Assembly (NCBI RefSeq): GCF_006345805.1
Contig: NC_043001.1
Span: 116,622,001-116,686,000, forward strand
Reading direction: 5' to 3'
Source of the DNA: Octopus sinensis
Taxonomy: Eukaryota
Length of the DNA stretch: 64,000 nucleotides
Below are positions 36,701 through 48,859 of this stretch, piece after piece. The position numbers and the translations under genes are program-made. The stretch's first letter is position 1; every line of letters starts with the position of its first letter. The notes below the pieces were generated by a model. It was not told the origin of the DNA. It was given only the letters and a program-made list of their open reading frames with translations, and made no database searches.

Positions 36701-38937
36701 GCTTAACTAGTTGACAAAAGATATGATGTAACACTATATAATTACTAGCCTTCACTGGTATAAACTTTAAATTCAGCTTTTATTCTCAAAGGCATTCCTT
36801 TAGACTTCATATATTTGGTCATAATACAGTCTATACCCTTTCATTTTATTTAGAATATGCTTTCAAAAACTAAGACGTGGGTGAGGGACAATATTTGAGA
36901 TTGTTGCACAATAGAAAATTATGATATTCTTTTTGCGGAAAAAAACTTTAACCAATTGTCATTTAGAAAAATTTACCATCAATTACATTCCAATAAAATT
37001 TATCGCATACAAAACTTTCCATCGACCAATATTTATGTGAATGTGTTTATTTGTGAATATATTAAAACTTTTGTCATTTGATCCATACGTTCGATGTTAC
37101 TCCGTCCGTTTTTGACTTCCACTATTTTTAGCGAAGTGTAAATCCATGAACGATTCTTTTTTCATCGCGTGCCAATACATCATTGTCATAGTTTTTGTAT
37201 CCAAAGTCAACACTAAACATTATTATCATCATTATTATTATTATTCTCAGAGTAAAGGCGTCGAGTTTCATTGACCATCTTATTATAGGAAAAATGTCCA
37301 TTGGACTACGTAGCCATAGATAAACACCAAAATGGTAGTTGTGATTGAATACCTTTGATCAGAGATCCATTCTATCAAGGCCCACCTGAAGCTAGACAAC
37401 AACATAAGAAACCAAAAGAAAATTATACAAACACAGACGCTTTATATTCCCATCTTTGATACTCCCATGCGTATCCATAGTTAATTACTTTACTCGGGAC
37501 GTAACCATCTATGGGATTCTTTGATTTGAACCTATGACTTCGCGTTAAGATTGATGCTAAAGTTCAACCAAACGAAACCCTCCATAGTCAATTATCCTCA
37601 TCAAGCACTTCTTTAAAGTTCTTTAGAAGGCTCCATTTCTCCAACTTTTCTCCTTTCTTTCTTGTATCCCCTAAATGTTCCTTCCGTAATGTAAAACTCC
37701 AGACATAATATCATTTTGATTGCTTTTCTTCCTCGGTAAAGGTTTAAAGAAAAAAAAACCAAAAATATTTTTCGCACATCTTAAATAATTATGTGAGAGA
37801 GTGTCTCAGTGTGCTGTTTTGGCATGTATTCGTGTGCCACTAAGCGAATGTGTGCGTGTGTGATTATTTGAGAAGAATGTGAATAGCTGGTTAATTATAC
37901 TCATGGCACATAAAAATATATGAAAGAATGTGCCAAAAAGTCAAAAATATACGTGTATATTTATAAGTGCCAAAGAATATTATATGAGAGAGAGAGATTT
38001 ATATATACTCCATATAAACACTCTTGCACGGAAATACGCAGACTCACCCATTCACGTACTGTAGATACACATACACTAAGAGAAAAACGATAGTAGCTCC
38101 ATAATTATATTTATGTTACACTGCTAAAGAAATTTATCTACAGAAGTAAAGATAGGTCTTAATCCTTTAAGACGATCATGAAAACCAACACCTAACACCC
38201 AAACGTTGCAATGTTTGATCGGTGGTTAATCTTACTATCAAACACCTGTTTCCAACCTCCAGTTAGTCCTAACAACCTAAATTCAGAAAAACAAAAACAT
38301 ATTTCAGTGATCTTTCGTTATAAGTACATAAAATGGCCGACAAATGTTGGTATGATGATTATATACACTATATGTAATAAGCAGCGTGTATCCATCTCTG
38401 CTTGTTCCCCTGCCCTGATACTAAGTTTCGTGGAAATACTTGCCCCACATTTAAATTGTATGCGTGAATTTTATTATCTATTTAATGATAAATCTTTAAT
38501 AGTACAGCATATTACTATAAATATAGATAATATAGATGATGGGGAGAAGTTAGTGTAACGGTGAAAACAGCGGTGGAACGTTTGATTAAAAGCTTTTCAT
38601 TAGAACGTATCACCTCCCGCGCAGCCAACACTCTCATCCTTTTGATATGAAATAAAATAAAATTTGCCATTCACCCCTACGGAGTTATTGGTTCTATATG
38701 TTCCAACAGTGTCCTCGATTTTCATCAGAGTACTCATTCTTTTTATTGTCTGTAATATAATAGCTGTGCATCATTATTCACGCAGTCAAAACAAGCATCA
38801 AATTATGAGGCAAGTCGATATATTTATAACGGTTATGCTTAAATAAAAGACGTATGAATGATATATGTACGACTTGAGATGGAAACTGAACTGATAAGAG
38901 ACGAGTTATTCTCCGTTATAAAATACAATGGTTACCA

Positions 38938-39344
38938 TACTCTTTTACTTGTTTCAGTCATTTGACTGCGGCCATGCTGGAGAACCGCCTTTTAGTCGAG
39001 CAAATCGACCCCGGGACTTATACTTTGTAAGCCCAGTACTTATTCTATCGGTCTCTTTTGCCGAACCGCTAAGTGACGGGGACGTAAACACACCAGCATT
39101 GGTTGTCAAGCAATGCTAGGGGGACAAACACAGACGCACAAACACATACGCACACACACATATATATATATATATATATACGACAGGCTTCTTTCAGTTT
39201 CCGTCTACCAAATCCACTCACAAGGCATTGGTCGGCCCGGGGCTATAGCAGAAGACACTTGCCCAAGATGCCACGCAGTGGGACTGAACCCGGAACCATG
39301 TGGTTCGTAAGCAAGCTACTTACTACAAAGCCACTCCTGCGCCT
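38938..39344 (-). mobile_element. Young family A SINE
   Basis: Near-identical to 814-1248. Confidence 0.92.
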
Positions 39345-39719
39345 TACATGAAATAAAATAATATAACTGGTTACAACAAAGATGTGTGAGAGACTTCGTG
39401 GTTAGGCTGGACTGTTGATCTAGTAGCCATAGTTGACGCACTGTTTGGTGGTGTGTAGTGGCAGCTGTTGGTCAGTTGGTTGTGTAGTGTTCAGACAGCA
39501 ACGATGTAAGCAGACGTTTGGTGGAGTGAAAGCGGAGACTGGCAGGTGTCAGATACATCGTTACTGGAAACGAGTTGCGTGTGGTCAGTGTGGTGTATGC
39601 CAAAGAATTTCTTTAGTTGCCTATAGGGGTATACATAGAGGGGACAGAACAAGGACGGTCTTTACACAGGGCTGGGGTTATAATCATATTGATAAAAATT
39701 GATTAAATCGGTATCTTAA

Positions 39720-40400
39720 ATCGAAAAGATGAATGAGAATAAAAATTAAATGAATATAATAAACACAGTTCTTGGGTTTTTAATTAACCCGCCGGCTTTT
39801 TCCTTTTGTTTTCTGTTCATTTTTTTCCTTCTTTTACGCCTTGACCGGCTACACTAGCACGGTCCCATTCAATCTCAGCTTCTTTACAACAGTTATCCAT
39901 CTTTTCTCGAACTCTCTTTGAGGCAGGCACTTTTTCTCCAGACGGATCTTCGAGAAGAAGCCGTTCACCCGGACGACTGAATCGATGTCATTATACATAG
40001 CATTGATCTAATCACGGAAAGCCGGGACCAGCCCGACCGCCCGAAGGACCGCCGCTAGATCCGATGGTCAACCCTTTTGAATGCTTTAGACTGGTCGAAA
40101 TTCACCAGTGCCCGACCTTTGTCAGGAACTTTACTAACCCTCTCTATGGTGTAGCCATAGACCTAGAGCAGTCAAGCACTATCGTCGTTATAGAGACCAA
40201 TAGGCTCCCAGGAGCCGGTGACTGATTTCCCGCGTAAGGCAAAACAAACTGTTCAGCCAACCTGATTGGACGGCTGGAAAGCGACTACTACAGGTTCGTT
40301 TAATCACGAGGTCATGTGACCTACTGAAACGAATAGGACTTGTGGATCCGATATTCGGGTATTTAAGCCTAGATGAGTCGAAACGAAAGCATCTCACGCA
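39720..40400 (-). mobile_element. Doubly deleted Tx1-like element (5' end + short RT piece + C-terminus/3' UTR)
   Basis: YTIERVSKVPDKGRALVNFDQSKAFKRVDH...MYNDIDSVVRVNGFFS joined to KIRLEKKCLPQREFEKRW. The 5' motif matches 19370-19810. Confidence 0.8.
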
Positions 40401-40709
40401 TAATGACAGTGTAAATCGCTTCTGCAACATATTTCCCAGTTAATAGTCAAAGTGGTTTCAGAGTGGTTGCTGTTGTTATTTTGTAACATGATAATCCTAA
40501 TCGAACGGATTTACAATCAAAGACATCCCATTCGTGATCATCTTGCTCTTTTTTTTTATTCATATGGGATTGCAATACTCTATGCGTCCTTCTTTGTTTT
40601 AAATTTGATTGTTATATCCAGCAGCCAAACAGGTGTCATGCATGTCTAATGAGTAACTATTTCATATCATCGTTGATCTGAGAATATAAGTGTGTGCGTG
40701 CGTGCGTGC

Positions 40710-40746
<37 letters not shown>

Positions 40747-42065
40747 TCACCTCGTTGGTTCATTTTGAGGATAAGCATTGGGTGGTTTTATAATAACGGG
40801 AGGATCAACATTGAGGGAGTAAACAGTGAATCCCTAGTTAAGAATGAATGAATATTGCAGAAACTTTTAGCTGTAACCGTGAGATTAAAAATTAAGACAA
40901 CTACTACTTCTTACTCTCTAAACAAGTTGGCTTGCTGAGCTGGTCTGCGGTTTTCCCGAGCTACTGACTTGACTGTTGGATCCCGTGTTGGTAGTGGTGT
41001 CAGGAGGCCGCAATACGCAACAACATAAACACTGGATAATTCTCTCTATGAATGCAGACAGACGTAGAGAGAGAGAGAGTGACAGCGCTGGTGAAGGCGG
41101 CGGAAGAAAGATAGTAGACGCTATCAAACGACGTTATAGAGAGAAAGTGAAAGGAAGGGAGAAAGTAATAATGAGTGAATGAGAATAATGACGAAGGGTT
41201 TAAAAAGCGTGAAAATATTCTCTTTCTCAACTTACTCAAGATCTTTTGTTGTTTATAAATGGGAGAGAGATAGATAAAGATAGAGAGTAAGAGAAAGCGA
41301 GGGAAAGTCCGAGAGAAATGAAGAGTAAGAGAGTGGGAAAGTGAGAGAGAAAGGAGAGAGAAACAAAGAGGGAGAATGTGGTGATAAGAAACAAAAAGTA
41401 ACAACCACAACCTCACCCGCGCGTAGAGCGGGTCACCTTAAGCTAGTATTTAATATAACAAGAAAACCGTACATGTTTTATGTAAGATGAAAACAATCTC
41501 ATTTACGGGGAAACGTAACAGTAATTGATGCACGAAGTGAGGTTCGTAAATACTTTTTCACGATCTCTAAATCCGTTTCGCCACACATGCTCATGAAGAT
41601 ATGATATAAATAAGTCCTCACACTATTCCTGCACTGTTGCATAATTTTCTTTTTGGCAATCATCCTATGAGTATTCATCACCCTCCTATAGTCTGTGAAT
41701 GGGTATTGTCATCGTTTGGGTCAACAAAGTTGACTGAATAGTTGACAATTCCATGAGTATTTTGACAAATGGTGGTGCATCAGCATGGCCGCAGCTCTGA
41801 GCTGAAACTACAGAAAAAAATATCACTGTTGTCACTTCCGGTTTCTATCGCAACATGCGTTCATTTTTAAAAGACTATTTTCAGTATTTTACGACGATGA
41901 ACTGCATGTTAACCTAAATCTGTTTAATTATTCTGGTGCCATTGTAAATCAAAGTACATCGTATACATGTTTCACCTTAGAGAAACTCCTCTCTTTTATT
42001 GCCAGTCATTTTATTACACACAAATATTTCGATATTAGGGGACGAAGTTAATCTACCGTGTTTAC

Positions 42066-42231
42066 CGAAAAGATGTAGATATCAGAAACGTGCAGAGTTT
42101 CAAACGTTTGCCCTCCAACCTCTGCCCTAGTATACAGTTCAGAACATGACTGGCTTTTGTCATAGTATGTTTACTACTATTATTATTTGTTAATGCATGT
42201 ACGTTTGGTGAATGAGCACGTGAGAAAGGGT
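42066..42231 (-). CDS. Candidate 166-nt exon of an unidentified gene
   Basis: Acceptor ttgtttagctatttcag|, donor TCG|GTAAAC, open frame DPFSRAHSPNVHALTNNNSSKH...; no recognised homolog. Confidence 0.2.
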
Positions 42232-43631
42232 CTGAAATAGCTAAACAAGCCATACAGAGCATTTGTAACTATTATACACATTTTTAAAAGTGTTGATCAG
42301 GAGTGGAGAACGTGATCTTTGAAACCTTTAAGTGCTGTCTTCTAAAAATAAAAATTCATTTCGTAGTATTCCTGTATTTCCATAAGCAAAAAAGTTAGAC
42401 AGATACAACTTGAGCACTGTAGTTGTAAATACACATCTACAGAAAGATGCATTCACCGCATTGAGCAAGAGAGGAAGCAAGAGTGACTATTACACAATTT
42501 GTTTTTCACCGTCTCCATCAACCATTTAGCCGTTCGCATTTACTATCTTTCTCGTGCACCTATTTCTAATTACCTTCTATCTTCTTGTCTTTAACTCTTT
42601 TCTCTCTCCCCCTCTCCCTATTTCTCACTCAACTTTACCTTAACGCATATGCTTCTGTGTAATCCATAAAATTACATAACTGCGTGAAGTGCTCCATCGA
42701 TGATGTCCTATCAGAAACTAAACAAACAAAACAAGAATTAGCGGGGGTGGCCTTTGTGCGGTCACTCAAACTACCAACACACTCAGCCAAACCTCCTTCA
42801 GATCAACACATTGGGTAATAAAGTTCCTAATTACAAAAAGATAGAATGGTCATAACTGAAACACGTTCTATTGTAGATCAGCTTGATCAGAGCTAAGCTG
42901 AATGTTAACTAAAACCCTCACGAACCAACGAGGAAGCCTTTATATTATAGCTTGATCATCTAGAAGTAACAGCAACGCATTCCTCAAAATACCACCTGAG
43001 CACGTGTGGTGCACCTGAGCACTGTATACAATAATTTCAATATTATTTTTATCTTAGATTAAAAGATTAGAATGTGTATAGTCACTGATATTTTTTTTTA
43101 AATGATTATCAAACCTGCAATTTTCTTTTTCCTGTCATAGATTGCTCGGTTAAAGACTGAACTGATTTTTAACACTAAAGGAGCCTCTGTGGAACATTGA
43201 CCTGTTAAAAATAACAGCTAGAATTCCCTTAAACCGCAGCTATCTTCAAAACGGAAGGTTGCATTAGAAAATATCAAATTGTTGCAAATAAAAAAAAAAG
43301 CGTTTTCACTGCTCAAACGCTATCTTTACGATAGGGAATTTGTGTCAGTATTTAATAAAATTAATTGCATTTTATTAGATAACATTTAGAACTAAGGTTA
43401 GGTAAAGATATTTCAGTAATTTTGTTGTGAAGCTGCAATAGTGCCAAAAGCTTATTTTATGGCGGGAAGGAATGTTTTTTGACGATTGTCCTTTCAACAA
43501 TGCGTCCCTCTTCTGTCAGCACTTGGTTTTATCGTCACTGAACATGAAGTCCTCGAACAAACGAAGGAAAATTCTACGTGGTCGTTCGACCTGCTAGAAA
43601 TAGCAATCAAATTTTTTCTCAAATTATACCA

Positions 43632-43920
43632 GGTACTAGTAGCGTAGACTGGACCCGGTTTGCGCACACGAGCAGACGCGCGTCCGTGATAGCCAGACGT
43701 AGGCAGTCGATCCTACGAGCTGACTGGCGCATGCACGATATATACTTGTATATATACGATATATACTTGTATCGCACGTCGCGCGAATCGGGGACGTGCG
43801 ATACAAGTATATATCGTGCATGCACCAGTCAGCTCGTAGGATCGACTGCCTACGTCTGGCTAGTACGGACGTGCGTCTGCTCGTGTGCGCAAACCGGATC
43901 CAGTCTACGCTACTAGTACC
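43632..43920. mobile_element. 289-bp CpG-rich near-perfect palindrome (foldback MITE, possibly Merlin-type)
   Basis: Arms start ggtactagtagcgtagactgg. 12-nt loop gcgcgaatcggg, 21-bp duplication in the left arm, flanking direct repeat attatac. Confidence 0.85.
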
Positions 43921-45584
43921 ATTATACATAACGTTTATGAAAACGATGTGATACTTTCGTGGATAATGTAGTCCTTGGTACTCAATACTCGTGTCTGAAC
44001 AAAAGACGAGGTGCTTGTAGCTGTTATGTCTTTAATGACGTGAGAGTTCAACCATGGTTGACTGGAGCTAAACAGCATCATCTAGTGTGACAGAAATCAC
44101 TGTTGTTCTTCGTGCATAGCCATTATTTCTTTATTTCTTCATGCATAGCCATGATAGACTTTCATCTCCAGTTTGGAGGACGAAATGTCAAAAAGACGGA
44201 AAAACACCAGGCAAATTAGATATAAAATAAGGAACCTTCTGTTACATTTACATTTTGGTTGCGTAATAGGAATGGAACCCAGTACTCGACGGGTACTTTG
44301 GTTTATCGACTCCAGAAGTATAAAAGATAAAGTTCCTTCTTGAGTCATATAGACTCCTAATACCGGTTTCTGTGGTGAATATATTCCCCACTGGATGGGA
44401 CGCCAGTCCGTCGTAGGAATGAATACTCATTGTTGCCAGCCTTGTGTACTGGAGTAACGTTTTGCCCAAGAACACAATGTGTCACCCTGTCCAGGAATCG
44501 TAAGGCACGCGCCTCCACACTCTAAGTATGAAAGAGTTGATCTCGATGGAATTTGAATTCATAACCTGCCATGAAATTGCAGTCTAATTTCCTTCAAATT
44601 ACATCCTTTTATCTTTAGGAATAAAGATACTTTGGATCATAACTTGCCTGAAAACCCTGCGTACCCACAGGCGAAACTCAGAGGAGTAAAGGACTAATTC
44701 AGTCACAAAATATATTATTAATCTCTGTTAATGGTGTTGAATGCTCTTTTTTCTGACAGTCGACACTAAATAGATATCTATATATTAAGCCACAATTTTG
44801 ATCGCGGTAACTCAAATTTTACATAGGGACATATCTTTTCGAGGAGAATACTGCGAGACTCTTTTGAAATTTGATCTTGTTAATTTATTTTTCTACCTGG
44901 AGTTAACAAACTGTTGTATACCTAGCATAGCCTTTAACGTTGGAAACAGCTAATTAGAAAAATAATTCATATAGATGTAAATTAGTCTTTTGAAAAAGTT
45001 TTTAGAAAAGTACTATTTCCTGGGAAATAGTAAAAGAAAAATTTTATCTGAAGTTCATCATTAGGCATTCTGGTAGTAACGAAAGAATGCCCATTATTTT
45101 ATTTTGAGCAAAAAGTTCAGTTCGAGCTATTTTCCGATTAGCTCGAATGTAACAATTCTGAGTAAATTAACATTCCCGAGCCACCTGAAGTAGTTTGTTC
45201 AAATTAAAATGATTGCATTATAGTTCGATTGCACTAAAATACTGCTTCAATTCCTTCCAATTAGGCAGGGTAGTGCTTCTTTCCTTCCAATTAAACAATA
45301 AAATGTCCCCCCTTTATGTTATTCATTTTTGGAAATTTGTTTTTTATCTTTCCACCCCCAGATACCAAACTCTACCATTGGACATTTTTACTTTTCATCC
45401 AACTGGAGTCAATGAAATAGATACCAGTAATATTTCACAATTCATACAAGTTGACGAAATTGGTGTTTAACCTAAGTCGGTTCTCACAGAGCAGATCTAT
45501 GATCTTAGATAGTTCCACCATAACCATCCTGCCTTTTTATTTTATTTTTTTTATTCTTTTGTTCCAAACGTAATGTTATCCATA

Positions 45585-45890
45585 CCTGTGCGATTTCTGC
45601 AAAGCCAGATCTACCGGTGAGCTACAGGTCAGCCACTTGTAAGCTCTTGATTAGGAGGAACCTGGTGAAGCAACGTTGTCGCCCTCGACAATGGCGGCGT
45701 TTTCGACCATGTCTGGCATGCAAATTTCCTAACGAAACTTCTTCCTTACGAACTCCACTCGTTTCTCATCTCTTGAATCGGTGGTTACCGATTAGAAAAC
45801 ACTAATACAGATGTTCAGATGAAACTCTGTCCCTCATTCCATCAACTGCGGTGTGCCGCAGGGTTCAGTTCTCTTTACTCTTTTTCCATC
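45585..45890 (+). pseudogene. Jockey/CR1-group LINE RT fragment
   Basis: FCKARSTGEL...VALDNGGVFDHVWHA..., and GVPQGSVL at 45850-45873. Confidence 0.82.
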
Positions 45891-48387
45891 ACATCAAACA
45901 ACAGCATAACATTTTGACTCAGCCAAAATAAAATATATTATGTATATATAATATATACACACTCATACAGACATTTGTTTTTTAGTATCCCGGTATTTCA
46001 TTACGAAACACTGAAATTTTTTCGAGAAAAATAGATCTCTTAAACTCCACGACCACCAATTTCCGTAACCTTTTCCTTCCCTCTGAAGTATGGGGCATCA
46101 ATATCGAAAATTCCGGATATCCTGCATAGATCGTGCCCTCCCTACCCCACATAGGTATAAGGCCAGCAGGTTTGAAGGGAGCCAGTTTATTCTATATCAT
46201 CAGCCGCAGTACAACACTGGTATTTTATGTTATCAACCCTGGAGGGATGAAAGGTGAGTTTGGCCTCGGTGGGATATGAACTCAAAAAGTAATGAGCCAG
46301 AACAAATATCGGAAGTAATCTTTTCCAATCACTTTGACGACTGGGCCATCTCGCCTTTTCATAAATAAACTAAGTGTACAAATCACATTGTCTTGTACTA
46401 AAACACATTAAATATTTAGGATCTTTTCATTTTATAAATAAAATTTGACTCTTTTTTTAATTCATTAATTCTTGACCAAAATTGTAACTTTATTTTTTCG
46501 TTGTCTGGGATTTGAACTAAGCAAAGTTAACGTCGGGAAAATTCCTATATTACGACAGGTGTTGCGAAACGAAGATGAAAGTGCGGATTAAAATTTTGAA
46601 AGAAAACTTCATTTAAACATAATATTAAATGTAAATGCCATAATGACTAAAAATCAAAAACGTACAGAAAAAATATCACCTACCTGACATGTCTTGATGT
46701 AAAATCATATTTTATACACATTTAAAAATATATACATCCACTGGAAATATTAATCGTATCTTCTGACATGGTAAAACTGTCTAACAATTATATAAAATTA
46801 GTTAGATGATTGGACGACTGTAGCTTCTTATTAATCCCATTAGCGGCTTAAGTGAAAATAAAACCAAGTTAACCAAGAATCGAAACCGGTTTGCCAACTA
46901 GCTTCGATGAGAGTTTACTTCTTGTTTTACCTTTACGACGTTCGTTTTCGCAGTGCGTAATAAAGATTGTTTTATCAATATCGGGTTTATTGAAGATGCA
47001 AGAATATATATCACCGACTGTTTGAATAAATCAGCCAATTAATAAAATTAGTTTGTTATTTTGTATGTTTTTTGCATTAGTGTAAAATCTGAGAAAATAA
47101 TTTAGTATTTCGTGTCGAGTATCGAGGTCAGCCGAGCGTGGCGGGAGACGGGGTTTTCAGAAACAGACTTTTTTTTTTTAATTATTAATGATTATATATT
47201 TTGGTAGATCTTAATTTCTATCTTTTTTTTTTTAAGAAATAAAATTCGATTGTGGGAAAATACTGAAAAATAGAAACAAAAAGTTTAATTTCTCGGGTAT
47301 TTTTACACTTAAGAAAATGTTAATATTTCTAAATGTTTGTGTGTACATTTATGTATGTGGTGTTTATCCGTCGTATCACCCCAGCTGGTCAAAGACATTC
47401 CGATTTGGCCATCTCGTCCTACTCTCGAGTACATTATTTTAATGCGTCACCTTTTTTTTACAGTGTTATTTGAGAGAAATTTGACTGCTGTTTCAAGCAG
47501 GTTGAACGATCATACAGAGGCTCCATCAATGTATGTATGTGTAGAGTGTGGTGTGTTCATATATATGTGTGTATGTGTGTGGAAATGGTGGTTTATTTAT
47601 CTGTAAATGTGGCTGTTTAAATGAATGTGTATGATATCAATATTTAAGTACATAATTATGTGTATATGTGCATTGTCTTTAGAAAGTAGATAAAAGGTAA
47701 TACGTAAGTAAAATTGTCGGTCTTCGTAGAACTATTTTCAAGTTTTTTAAATATACAAGTTGCTATTTCATGGTTAAAGTAAGCAAGCAACAGGAGCCGC
47801 AAAACACTAACAAACCCGGTAAGTAGAAATTGGTGGACTCGCAGAAGCAAGAAGGGAAGGTGAGCTTTAAGGAAGATGGAAATCAAAACAGGAATAAAAA
47901 TGATAAGGCATGCCAGGGATATACGTGAAGCAGGATCTCATCTGTGTAAAAAGTAAAAGAAGAAAAAAACGGATGAGTGAGTGAGGCCGTCTCAGTAAAT
48001 ATTTTTTTGTTGTGGTTGCTTTTAATAGTTTAGGTATTCTATTAGTCGATGCCTTTCACCGAGCTAACATGTACCTGCTGCTCTTCGTACGATGATAGTA
48101 GTAACAACAACATGCAGAGAAAAGGAAATATATAAATACACACACCTCATAACTCTATCATGCAACCCTCATAAGCGCGAATAAATAAATGACACACAAG
48201 GATAGAAACACGTTTCCATTTTGTTTTATTTTTAATTATATTATATTACATAATTACGCTAACGTTTTCGTTGTTTGTGTTCAAACGGTGGAGAGTGAAA
48301 GTCTACTTTTTTAACCACAGAATATTAGCCGTAGTCTCTCTCACACACACACACACACACAGAGGAGGTGACAGATTGGCAGAGACG

Positions 48388-48586
48388 AAGGGCATTGCAT
48401 AAAATACTTTGTTCTCTGCACTTCGTGCCCTAGGATCAAACCCCACCTCCTTTCATCATTAAAGTGGGTCCTTCGGGACCAAGAAAAGGGCATTGCATAA
48501 AATACTTGTTCTCTGCACTTCGTGCCCTAGGATCAAACCCCACCTCCTTCATCATCCTTTCATCATGTGGGTCCTTCGGGACCAAG
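48388..48586 (+). repeat. 98-bp tandem duplication followed by poly(A)
   Basis: aagggcattgcataaaatac...gggtccttcgggaccaag occurs twice (48388, 48486). Confidence 0.9.
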
Positions 48587-48687
48587 CAAAAAAAAAAAAA
48601 AAAAATGATATGCTAAGGAAGTGTTTAGAGCAAGCGCCCAAATATTTTCAGCAATGGTAGCACACCATCAAGAGAAAGCACAATAAG

Positions 48688-48689
<2 letters not shown>

Positions 48690-48757
<68 letters not shown>

Positions 48758-48774
48758 CTATCTATCTCGCAAGA

Positions 48775-48855
<81 letters not shown>
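48690..48855. repeat. (CT)n-(CTAT)n-(GT)n compound microsatellite
   Basis: Direct observation. Confidence 0.95.
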
Positions 48856-48859
48856 GTGA

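Noticed and set aside
44645-44685. Hammerhead-like ctgaaaa-c-cctg...cagg-c-gaaac (and weaker ones near 2140 and 28386)
   Set aside because: Core positions are mutated, and stems I/III could not be formed.
47079-47310. Possible MITE with agtgtaaaa termini
   Set aside because: The inverted match is short and gapped, and no TSD was found.
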